Notes under the pieces: generated by a model
Database searches by the model: none
What the model saw: only the letters and a program-made list of their open reading frames with translations
What the model was told of the DNA's origin: nothing
Shown: piece after piece, positions 24,779-46,600 of the stretch
How the letters are laid out: every line of letters starts with the position of its first letter
Numbering within the stretch: position 1 is the stretch's first letter
Translations under genes and position numbers: made by a program
DNA from: Macrostomum hystrix
Taxonomy: Eukaryota; Animalia; Platyhelminthes
Length of the DNA stretch: 64,000 nt
Assembly: GCA_950097015.1 (NCBI GenBank)
Contig: CATNEN010000007.1
Location: 11,098,001 to 11,162,000 of the forward strand
Direction: 5' to 3'

Positions 24779-25941
24779 CTTACAGAATATTATTAGTTCT
24801 CAATCATAACTTTGCGAGAACTCGAAATTAGAGTGCAAGCCAGTTTGACAATACTGATGCACCTGGGTACCTGCTGAGTAGTCCGATAAAGCTGTGTGGG
24901 ATACATTTGAGGGTTCTCGGCCAGCGATAGCTTACTAAATTGAGCAGCATAAGTCCACTCAGAAAAAAACTTCTGAGACAGCTCAGCCGGGGCAGCTTTC
25001 TGATCAGCACTCGTGTGAGCTGCAGGCCTTGCCTTTTGGTTCGCAACCGAGTTGCACAAGATAGCACTGGTGCAGCTTGCGGAAAATGTATTATCGCTAC
25101 CATCAGCAACTTCACAACTTTAAAAACACCCAACTTCCTTTCTTCCTAAATTTAATTCTTACTGGCTTCCTTAATTCCCAATTTTCTGGCTTCCCAACTC
25201 CCTTAGGAATAATATAATAAGAATAATAATTGCCGGAGGGCTGCGGCCAAGGCACATCATATGGTGACACTAGACCCGCAGCCAGCGAGGAGGCAATTCT
25301 GCCCATTTCACTGACTCCTGAGCACACATGCTCACAGATACTGTACGCAGGCACACGCTCACACAGGTGTGTACATCTGCCCTGACTTTCTCAACGTCAG
25401 GCTGTGTACATTTCACTGTACCTTGAAGGTTGGCCCTCAAGGGCTTAAATTACACGACAAGCCCCCAAGCCTTCACTACACGGCTGCGACCCAGATGAAT
25501 GTGGCCTCGCCACGGAATCGAGCTCAGGGACCTTGGTGCGAGAGGCAGAAGCGTTAGACCGCTCTGCCAGTTGCTGACTTCCTAACTCACACCGGAGTTC
25601 TTAGAGTGGCCACTAAACCGTCCAAAGTTCGCAGAGCACACGCATGAGTCAAGCACAGCTAAGCTGCACGGAACTGAAGCCCTGCCCAGAGAGACCTTTG
25701 CGTCAGCGGCAGGCCGCCAGTCCGTGACTTTCGCCCCAGTTTGCCGACAAATCTCGCACCAAGCGGCCCGATTTGAAGAGATTCGCCACCCGCGTCAGAT
25801 TGCAAGCCGCTAAGCGCCATGAAGACACGTTCGGCCTGTTTCAAGCCCAGCTTGTCTCTGGAGCGGCAGCAGCGGCGATAAGCTCCGACCACGCGGCACA
25901 TGCCGATCTTCCCATCGGACCGGGCTTACCGCACTCTACGG

Positions 25942-25951
25942 CATAAATTGG
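25942..25951 (+). promoter_or_regulatory. TATA-like element CATAAATTGG upstream of protease 2
   Basis: Same motif and same spacing to ATG as paralog 1. Confidence 0.55.
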
Positions 25952-25997
25952 GGACGAATTCAGCCGCTTGTTCTAGAAGCCAACCGCACAGCAGACC

Positions 25998-27496
25998 ATG
26001 CTGAAGCTGCTCGTTGTCGCCTGCGCCCTCGGCGTGGCCTCGGCCATGCCTGACCCGTACGTCCTGTACGGCAAAACCGCCGTGCAGGGCCAGTTCCCGT
26101 TCGCCGGCTGGCTCACCTTCTGCTCCGCCTCCATCCTGGACAGGCGCACCGTCCTCACTGCCGGCCACTGCGTGTGCAGCACCCGCCCGTCCACCGTCCT
26201 GTTCGGCGCAGTGCGCGGCAACAGCCCCGAGGCCGGCAGCAGGAGGTACAGCCTGGACACCAGCCGCCAGGTCATCAACCCGAAGTACACCCAGTGCAAC
26301 ACTGTCGGAAAGTGAGTAGCCCGTAATAATAATATATAATAGCCCCATAAGAAGTCCATGAGTATCTTATGAGTAGCCCAGCCCATGAGTAGCCAGCCAA
26401 TGAGTAGCCCAGCCCATGAGTAGCCCAGCCCATGAGTAGCAGCCCATGAGTAGCCCAGCCCATGAGTAGCCCAGCCCATGAGGAGCCCTGCCCATGAGTA
26501 GCCCAGTACATGAGTAGCCCAGCCCATGAGTAGCCCAGCCCATGAGTAGCAGCCCATGAGTAGCAGCCCATGAGTAGCCCAGCCCATGAGTAGCCCAGCC
26601 CATGAGTAGCCCAGCCCATGAGTAGCCCAGTACATGAGTAGCCCAGCCCATGAGTAGCCCAGCCCATGAGTAGCAGCCCATGAGTAGCAGCCCATGAGTA
26701 GCCCAGCCCATGAGTAGCCCAGCCCATGAGTAGCCCAGCCCATGAGTAGCACAGTACATGAGTAGCCCAGTACATGAGTAGCCCAGCCCATGAGTAGCCC
26801 AGCCCATGAGTAGCCCAGTACATGAGTAGCCCAGTACATGAGTAGCCCAGCCCATGAGTAGCCCAGTACATGAGTAGCCCAGCCCATGAGTAGCCCAGCC
26901 CATGAGTAGCCCAGCCCATGAGTAGCCCAGCCCATGAGTAGCAGCCCATGAGTAGCCCAGCCCATGAGTAGCCCAGCCCATGAGTAGCCCAGTACATGAG
27001 TAGCCCACGAGTAGCCCATGAGCGTTCTATCAGTGGCAAATGAGTAGCCTATGAGTAGGAAATGAGTGGTGAGGTGATAGTCGTTAAATATTGAACCAAC
27101 CACCATTTCAGGGACGACATCGCCATCGTGAAGACCCGTGAGGACATCGAGTTCAGCAACCTGATCGCTCCAATCACCCTGCACGAAGCCGCCACCACCG
27201 TCGGCCAGAGCATCACCATCTCCGGCTACGGCCAGGATGAGAACAGGCAGTCCGGCGTTCTGAAGTTCGCCACCAGCTCCGTGGTGACCTGCAAGCGCTT
27301 CATCGGCGCCGTCTGCCAGTCGATGAGCCCGAACAGCCCGTACTACGGTGACAGCGGTGGCCCGCTGTTCATCACCGTGAACGGCCAGCACCGCCAGGTC
27401 GGAGTCGTGTCCGGCGGTGACTTCACCAACAACCAGGCCATCTACGGCAACGTGTTCGACAACCTCAGCTTCATCAAGGCCAACCTGGAGAAGTGA
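25998..27496 (+). CDS. Secreted S1 serine protease, paralog 2
   Basis: Exons 25998-26311 and 27112-27496. Same intron position and phase as paralog 1. Triad intact. Confidence 0.93.
26365..27020. repeat. 16-bp minisatellite (ATGAGTAGCCCAGCCC)n, protease 2 intron
   Basis: About 40 copies with 14-bp and AGTAC variants. Confidence 0.95.
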
Positions 27497-28156
27497 GAGC
27501 CGAGCGCAGTCTAAGGTGTACACAAATAGAAAGCTGCTTAGTGGAGGCGCGAAATGCCTTGCGTGATCCTCGCGCCATGGCGCGCACAGCCGCACGTCTC
27601 ACCTGCGTTTCTTAATTTGATCTGCATTGGCACACTCATTGGCATTCAGAGGGGCGAAGACGCGTATTATCAGTACAGAAACACCACACTCTCCCCCCTC
27701 TGGGAGGGTATTCAAATCCTTCCAATCCTTTCAAATCTCCTATTTTACGATTGCAGCCAAACCGAATGACCGATTTTTGTGCTAAAGTCCACCGGATCAA
27801 ATTTATCCCGCGTTCTGGGCATTCATGGCGATTGGTTGAATCTTTAGGGAGAAAGAAAAGAATAGCTGTGAAATACGCCTGCACCCTCGTGGGCTTTCAA
27901 TTTTTAAGCGATACTACTATCAGCAGGTGCTACTGTCAACTGCAGTAGGCTCAGGGCCGGCTCTAACTGATTCTGCAATAGTATTCTAATGATTAATACT
28001 AATAGAGAACATAGGTCATAGGTTTTCATCTTATTTAGCTAATAATTCACAATTCATTTTATCACTAAATCACAAACGTCTTCAACATACATGATTAAAA
28101 ATCCTCGTCCTAGAACGGATCAGTTGTCTCGTAATTCTTTCTGATACACCCTACTG

Positions 28157-28988
28157 CAGAGGTCGGTTAACTCCCACCCGCGGGCCAGATGCGGCCCTCA
28201 ATGCTCCCAAATCCGGCCCGGTGCCCCTTCCGACGCCTACCGTATCCTATCTCATCTCTCCCGTGTCTCATCTCTCCTGTGTCTCATCCCTCCTGTGTCT
28301 CATCTCTCCCGTGTCTCATCTCTTCTGTGTCTCATCTCTCCCGTGTCTCATCTCTCCTGTGTCTCATCTCTCCCGTGTCTCATCTCTCCTGTGTCTCATC
28401 CCTCCTGTGTCTCATCTCTCCCGTGTCTCATCTCTCCCGTGTCTCATCTCTCCCGTGTCTTAATCTCTCCTGTGTCTCATCTCTCCCGTGTCTCATCTCT
28501 CCTGTGTCTCATCTCTCCCGTGTCTCATCTCTCCTGTGTCTCATCTCTCCCGTGTCTTAATCTCTCCTGTGTCACATCTCTCCCGTGTCTCATCTCTCCC
28601 GTGTCTTAATCTCTCCTGTGTTTCATCTCTCCTGTGTCTCATCTCTCCCGTGTCTCATCTCTCCCGTGTCTTATCTCTCCCGTGTCTCATCTCTCCCGTG
28701 TCTTAATCTCTCCTGTGTCTCATCTCTCCCGTGTCTCATCTCTCCTGTGTCTCATCTCTCCCGTGTCTCATCTCTCCTGTGTCTCATCTCTCCCGTGTCT
28801 CATCTCTCCTGTGTCTCATCTCTTCTCTGTGTCATCTCTCCTATTCCTCATGTCTCCTGTGTCCGATCTCCCTGTCTTCTCTTCTGTCTCAACTCTCCCC
28901 TATTTGATTTTTCTACTGTCAATGTGGCTCGCTGTCGTATTTTAGATTCTCTGTTTGGCCCGCTAGCTAAAAAAGTTGCCGACCTCTG
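28157..28988. mobile_element. Non-autonomous hAT (Charlie-like) element carrying an internal minisatellite
   Basis: TIR CAGAGGTCGG...CCGACCTCTG. Exact 8-bp TSD CCCTACTG (28149-28156 and 28989-28996). Subterminal CCCGCGGGCCAGATGCGGCCC is typical of Charlie-type MITEs. Confidence 0.85.
28250..28860. repeat. 16-bp minisatellite (TGTCTCATCTCTCCYG)n inside the hAT element
   Basis: About 37 copies. Confidence 0.95.
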
Positions 28989-30021
28989 CCCTACTGCCTT
29001 CCCTAGCGCTTTCCGTTGCTTATTTATTCCTGCCTGTTAATCCCATTTCTCCTATTCAATCCCACCTGCCTGTTAATCCCATTTGTAGATTCTGAGCAAC
29101 AAAAGTTCAAGAGTCAGAGACAATGAGAGACTGCTTTGAAACACATGTTTATAGCATTTTTATTTATATTATAAGTCTTCTAAGAACACGCTCCAGTGAA
29201 GAAATCAGAGAGTTGAAAATCGAGCTTGACACACAAAATTTAAAAGTGAACTGCGCAGACAAGTGAACAAAGAACAGGCGAAAACAGAGCAGATGTGCTT
29301 GCTTATTGGATCGCTTGTGCAACCAGAGCTTTGCTTTGAAAATGTTCAGCTATAGGTTAAAAATATAAAGCCAGTGAGAGGCTGTGAAAATCACATTAAA
29401 CTCTCGCACAAACAAACTAATAAAGATAGCAAGTATAATAGATAGCATTTGGGAATTTAAAGCAACGAGTGACGGGTTGGGCAGGCGGTGGGGAAGCCCG
29501 CAGCTCATCTCGCTGATGCGGCCCGTCAATAAAATAAGCCGGTGCCGTCAGCCCAGACGAGGCGGCCGGGCAGACGCTAAAATATGGCGGGCAGTCAGCA
29601 GCGGCGGCGCAATGACAGAAAAAAGCGGCGGCAGGTACAGGTACAGGCCTGGTACAGGTATCGGCGGGGATTAAAAAGAAAGTTCAGCGATGAGGCATGA
29701 AAATGACGAGAAGCAGCGAGTCCGGGGGTGGGCGGGGGCGGAGGGACAAGCGGCGGAGCTGGGCGGCTGCGGTTATTTACAGAGCAGGAGCCGGCGGCGA
29801 CCTCGGGGGGGCAGCTGTTTTGCTGGCTGAGTTGGGGGAGGCGGCGCCCCTCGGTCAGCAGGTTCTGCAATGCGGATTAGCCGATGGCAGGCTTCAGCAA
29901 TTCTTTTTAGACGGAATCGGAGGGCGCACAGAAGGAAGGGAAGTCAAACAGTGCAAGTCAGGCAGGCAGTTAGTTAATGATCGCGCATGCAGCTGAGTTC
30001 GTGCTCAGGGGGATCCAGTGG

Positions 30022-41076
<11,055 letters not shown>

Positions 41077-41248
41077 GTGGGCGAAGCGGTGCAGGAAGAA
41101 GCCGGGGTCCAGCGCCAGCTGCCCGCCGCCCTGGGCCCCCAGGCCGGGTCCGCCGAATCCGTCCAGGATGACCGCCGCCTGTCTGAGCCTCGCTGACCTG
41201 GGTGAGGCGCCAAGCAAACTGAAGCTGCGGGTGTACTTTGCTTTGGTC

Positions 41249-41585
41249 CATATCCAATCAAAGCCACACAGTCCACATCCAATCAAAAGCCACCCACTCC
41301 ATATCCAATCAAAAGCCACCCAGTTCACATCCAATCAAAAGCCACACACTCCATATCCAATCAAAGCCACCCACTCCATATCCAATCAAAAGCCACCCAC
41401 TCCATATCCAATCAAAAGCCACCCAGTTCACATCCAATCAAAAGCCACACACTCCATATCCAATCAAAGCCACCCACTCCATATATAATCAAAAGCCACC
41501 CACTGCATATCCAATCAAAAGCCACCCAGTTCACATCCAATCAAAAGCCACCCAGTTCACATCCAATCAAAAGCCACCCAATCCT
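41249..41585. repeat. About 26-bp minisatellite (CATATCCAATCAAAAGCCACCCACTC)n
   Basis: Tandem copies just upstream of the first recognisable PCBP exon. Confidence 0.9.
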
Positions 41586-42122
41586 ATCGAATTAAATTCA
41601 CCCAACCCAATCAGATGCTCATTTTGTGTCCCAAAAGTACACAGGTGCGTTTGGGAGCAAGAAACTTTCATGAAAATATTTTGCTTGTGTTCTGGCGGAT
41701 TTCTGATTAAATCGCAGCTGCCGTTCGGATTTTCAGGTCTTGTACGCACCCGGCAGTCTTCGAGCTGCGGCCCCTCTTTCTTTCCTGCGCCGCTAATCGG
41801 GCATTTGAGGAAATCTTGCCTGAGGCTGGAAAGCAGAAGACATTGCTGACAAGCGGGTTCCGCCTCAACCCCCTTTCATTCTCTTCCTCTCGGCGACGAG
41901 AAATGAAAATTGAAATAGGATTTCTCGATCTAAGACCACCGAGGGAACCCGACCCGGCGATGGCAAACCTGGGAGATTATCCAACGATGGGGAAAGGCAG
42001 GACTGCTGAGGAATGCCAGTTAATAGTGTCACTTTTCATTTGAGCTTGAGCAGTAGCGTGCATTTCATCGCTGCACGGCAGGCTGACGAACTGAGGGCCA
42101 GCTGCAGGTGACTGGCATAGAA

Positions 42123-42330
42123 GCCCCTATCCATTATCCGCTGTCCTAGCCCCTATCCATTATCCGCTGTCCTAGCCCCTATCCATTATCCGCTGTCCTA
42201 GCCCCTATCCATTATCCGCTGTCCTAGCCCCTATCCATTATCGGCTATCCTAGCCCCTATCCATTATCCGCTGTCCTAGCCCCTATCCATTATCCGCTGT
42301 CCTAGCCCCTATCCATTATCCGCTGTCTCT
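42123..42330. repeat. 26-bp minisatellite (GCCCCTATCCATTATCCGCTGTCCTA)n
   Basis: About 8 copies. Confidence 0.9.
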
Positions 42331-43891
42331 ATCCACTGCCTACTGCCCACAGTCTACTTTCTACTATCCACTCTCTACTATCCGCTGTCTACTATCCACA
42401 GCCTACTATCTTCTGGGAAGATTTCCAGTTCGAAGTGACCCAAAGCCTGAAGGGAATGCCGTGTAAGAGGCTGGGGTCCCCCAGTGCCATCTCAGACTCC
42501 TGATGAGCTGTCTGCCTGAGGAGTCAGCAGTTGCCAAGAAGGCAGCATCCAGTCTGCATGGGCTTCAATGAGAAAGGAGTTTTGGTACAGAGAACAAGCG
42601 GGGCAGCGAGAAGCAAATGGAGGCAGCCGCTTTTTTAAACACGTGGCGCTCTCTGATGAACAGATGCCGCCAGAGAAGTCTGAAGTCAGGGGGGGGATTC
42701 CAGCGCGCTGCATCAATCAGTGGCTGCCCGGCTGGAATCCTCGGATGCGGCACGCAGCGACTCGGTGGTGCCGCAGCTGACGGCGCTGGCGCTGGCGGGC
42801 CCGGCTGTGTCATGTGCGGCCGATGGGTCGCCTGCGCCATTCATCACGTAGCGGTGCGGCCGGCCCTCCCGTGACCCGCCAAATGTGGACCAGCCCTGAA
42901 GCTGCTGTCACACGCCACCCAAGCCCCCCTGCATCCTTCAGGCATTTGTTCTCTCAGGCTGCCAAGCGCTTTGGCGGGAAGAACTATTTTATCCCATGGC
43001 CCAGTCCCCGAGGCGCATATGTGATGAAGGCTGGCATTTCACAGATTTCACTCGGCTCGGCCTTGTTCTTCTTGCCTCACTGCGGTTTCCCAGCTCTCGG
43101 ACTTTCCCGGTGTAGCGACCGGCGCCCTTGATGAGGCGGGGCAGCTGAGCGGGGGCGGCAGTCTGCGCCGCATTCCTGACTGCAGGCATTCCTGGAACAC
43201 TCGCTGCCGGCTCATGGGCCGCCTGCAATCAGCCACAGGAGCCGCGCAGAGCAAACATACCGGACAGAGGCGCAGAGCAGCTCTTGAGGGATAAAGGACA
43301 GGGCAAATACCGGAAACCCATTTGCCTGGGAGTTATTGATCCTGGGAGCTCGGGGTCGGAGCTGGCCGGAGACAGTGAGTTTGTGCGGCCGCCGCATCTT
43401 GTGCGGGAATTCGCGCAGAGTCTGAGAGTAATCACGGATGCGTGAAACAGTCGCTGGGAGTCCGCAGGGCCAAGGCAAGGCAAAAGGAGGGAAGAGAAGA
43501 AAGGGAGCGAGTAAAGCTGAGGGGATCAATTTTGAGATCCCACTTGACCGTAAAATTTCCGGTCGAGAGGGGTGACGGAGCAGCAAACACTGCCTGGCCG
43601 GGCCTTGAAATTCTGGCAAGATTTCATTTCCGGCCTTCGTGTCTTCCCGCGTCCTGCTTCCCGCGGCCCCTCAAACTGCAGCTTGAACTGCTCTGTAGCT
43701 GCGGGACTCCCACGGATCCGGGCTGGGCACACCGGAAGGCCCAATCCTGGGATTTGACTGACTGCTCCCTGAATTCACTTGGCCTAATCCGTGTTGGACA
43801 AGAGAAGGCGAAACAGCCAGGCCTCTTTAATTGCGTAGTGATTGCGTCTCAGGGGGTTTGATTGTTACCATGCGTATCCGCTGGTGACGAG

Positions 43892-44670
43892 GTCAGAGCC
43901 TGCCTATCAGTGTGTGTCAGAGCCTGCCTATCAGTGTCTGTCAGAGCCTGCCTATCAGTGTCTGTCAGAGCCTGCCTATCAGAGTCTGTCAGAGCCCACC
44001 TATCAGAGTCTGTCAGAGCCTGCCTATCAGTGTCTGTCAGAGCCTGCCTATCAGTGTCTGTCAGAGCCTGCCTATCAGTGTCTGTCAGAGCCTGCCTATC
44101 AGTGTCTGTCAGAGCCTGCCTATCAGTGTCTGTCAGAGCCTGCCTATCAGTGTCTGTCAGAGCCTGCCTATCAGTGTCTGTCAGAGCCCACCTATAAGAG
44201 TCTGTCAGAGCCCACCTATAAGAGTCTGTCAGAGCCCACCTATAAGAGTCTGTCAGAGCCCACCTATAAGAGTCAGTCAGAGCCCACCTATAAGAGTCAG
44301 TCAGAGCCCACCTATCAGAGTCTGTCGGAGCCTGCCTATCAGAGTCTGTCAGAGCCCACCTATAAGAGTCTGTCAGAGCCTGCCTATCAGAGTCTGTCAG
44401 AGCCCACCTATCAGAGTCTGTCAAAGCCCAGCTGTCAGCGTTAGTCAGTCAAGGTCAACATGTCAGTGTCAGTCAGAGCCCACCTGTCAGTGTCAGTCAG
44501 TCAAGGTCAACATGTCAGAGTCAGTCAGAGCCCACCTGTCAGTGTCAGTCAGTCAAGGTCAACATGTCAGAGTCAGTCAGAGCCCACCTGTCAGTGTCAG
44601 TCAGTCAAGGTCAACATGTCAGAGTCAGTCAGAGCCCACCTGTCAGTGTCAGTCAGTCAAGGTCTACCTG
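43892..44670. repeat. 24-bp minisatellite (GTCAGAGCCTGCCTATCAGTGTCT)n grading into a related about 52-bp unit
   Basis: 24-bp units to about 44425, then 4 copies of a longer unit sharing GTCAGAGCCCACCT. Confidence 0.9.
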
Positions 44671-46117
44671 TCAGCAAGCGGACAGCACTGGGGGGGCGGG
44701 CTTGTCCCTCAAGTCGGCTCGGCCCGAACACGCACGTGGAATGCGCGCAGGCCAAGCACCTCTGATCCGCTCGAAGCAGAGGCGAATCTGTTGTTTATGC
44801 GACTCGAATTGCCGGATGGTCCTTCCCGAACCTCCCCTCCCTCAGCGCTCTCCGCTTTCTCGGCAGCAACAGCCGCTTACGAGGGGCGCCAAGGAAAGCC
44901 CCCCACAATGCTGAAAAGTGCTCTGGCAGGCTGGGAAAGTTGCAGAAAAACTGCTGGCGGCAGTGGAATGAAGCGCAGGCGTGTCATCGTGGCACCGGCG
45001 TCCTCGACCCCGCCTGTGTGTTTACGCAGCGCTACAGTATCCGATGCTGCCTTCGGGGATTTGTCCTCTCAGCCACCCCCGGGTCCCCCCATGTCGCCAG
45101 GTCATCAGGTAGGAAATTGTGCGCGATGTGCGAATCGTGAACTGTTTTCAACACCGCCCGCCGAGTTTGCAGGCTCACCCCAGCGTCGTCACTCCAGCTG
45201 CTCAAAGAGCGCATTGACAGGTAATGTCTTCAATTGCTCACCTAACTGTACTGAGAGCCTGGCCTAGGCACCGGAACCCCTGGCAGTTCCTGCGCAGATA
45301 ATCGGCCGATCTCTTCCAGGTACAGGTCCTCGATTAGCGCCTGGCTGCTGATTCCACAGTTTGCCTCGTGAGCTCGGCTTCTAGCTGGAATCTCTGTTCC
45401 TGTCAGCTTTCCTGGAAAGTCTTTCTTGCGCGCGACCGACTAGCTCTGGTGCGGAACTCCCAGCGCGACCGATACCGAAATAGGGCGTGAGGGGGCGGGC
45501 CTGGGGTGGGCGCCGCTGCACTGCCGTATCGCTGCTGCCCAGTTGCTGCTGCTGCTTCTGCAAGCCTCGGGTCTCCGGGGCCTCCCCAGCGGGAGGGAGA
45601 AGCGGTCAGACGGAGAAAGTGACAGACCGAGACGTGAGAGAGCGAGGGTGACACCAGCCAATGAGCTGCCGGAGCTGCCAGCTGGACCAATCCCCGGCGT
45701 GCTGCAGCTGCCGGGCTGAGAGATTTGGGCCTCGAGCAACTGCGGCGGGGCCCTCTGCAAATGTCACTAGCAATTAGATAAGGCGCCGGTGACTGCCCAG
45801 GAATTGGGTGACAAGCAGATGAGGGCGCAGGCTGTGCCGGTGGCGGCTTACTCATGGGAGATTGCGGACTGCGAGCGAGGCATGAAAAGAAATGGGATTT
45901 TTGACCCAGCGACCGCGATTCCGAGCCGCTCCTGCCCATTCCTTATCTGGACCGGCCGGCCTGCCGGGAATCTCCGCATGCAGGTTCACTTCAAAGAATT
46001 ACAGCTGCTGGGGAGCAGCCCCAGTAACCAGCGCTGCGCGGGCTGACGGTCGAGCCCTGTCCTGATCATTTATTCCTAGAATGCTTTATATGGCAAGTCA
46101 CTGTCCCACTATCCCTC

Positions 46118-46600
46118 CCACTTCATGGCCAGTCACTGTATTCACCCACTTCATGGCCAGTCACTGTATTCACCCACTTCACGAACTGTCAGTGTATTCA
46201 CCCACTTCATGGCCAGTCACTGTATTCACCCACTTCACGAACTGTCAGTGTATTCACCCACTTCATGGCCAGTCACTGTATTCACCCACTTCACGAACTG
46301 TCACTGTATTCACCAACTTCATGGCCAGTCCCTGTATTCACCCACTTCATGGCCAGTCACTGTATTCACCAACTTCACGGCCAGTCACTGTATTCACCCA
46401 CTTCATGACCAGTCCCTGTATTCACCCACTTCATGGCCAGTCACTGTATTCACCCACTTCACGAACTGTCAGTGTATTCACCCACTTCACGGCCAGTCAC
46501 TATAAATTCACCCACTTCATGGCCAGTCACTGTATTCACCAACTTCACGGCCAGTCACTGTATTCACCCACTTCATGGCCAGTCTCTGAATTCACCCACT
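46118..46600. repeat. 28-bp minisatellite (TTCACCCACTTCATGGCCAGTCACTGTA)n
   Basis: About 17 copies in two alternating variants. Confidence 0.9.

Noticed and set aside
25973-27595. 540-aa minus-strand ORF and other antisense ORFs over GC-rich exons
   Set aside because: Shadow frames of the GC3-rich protease exons plus the intronic repeat
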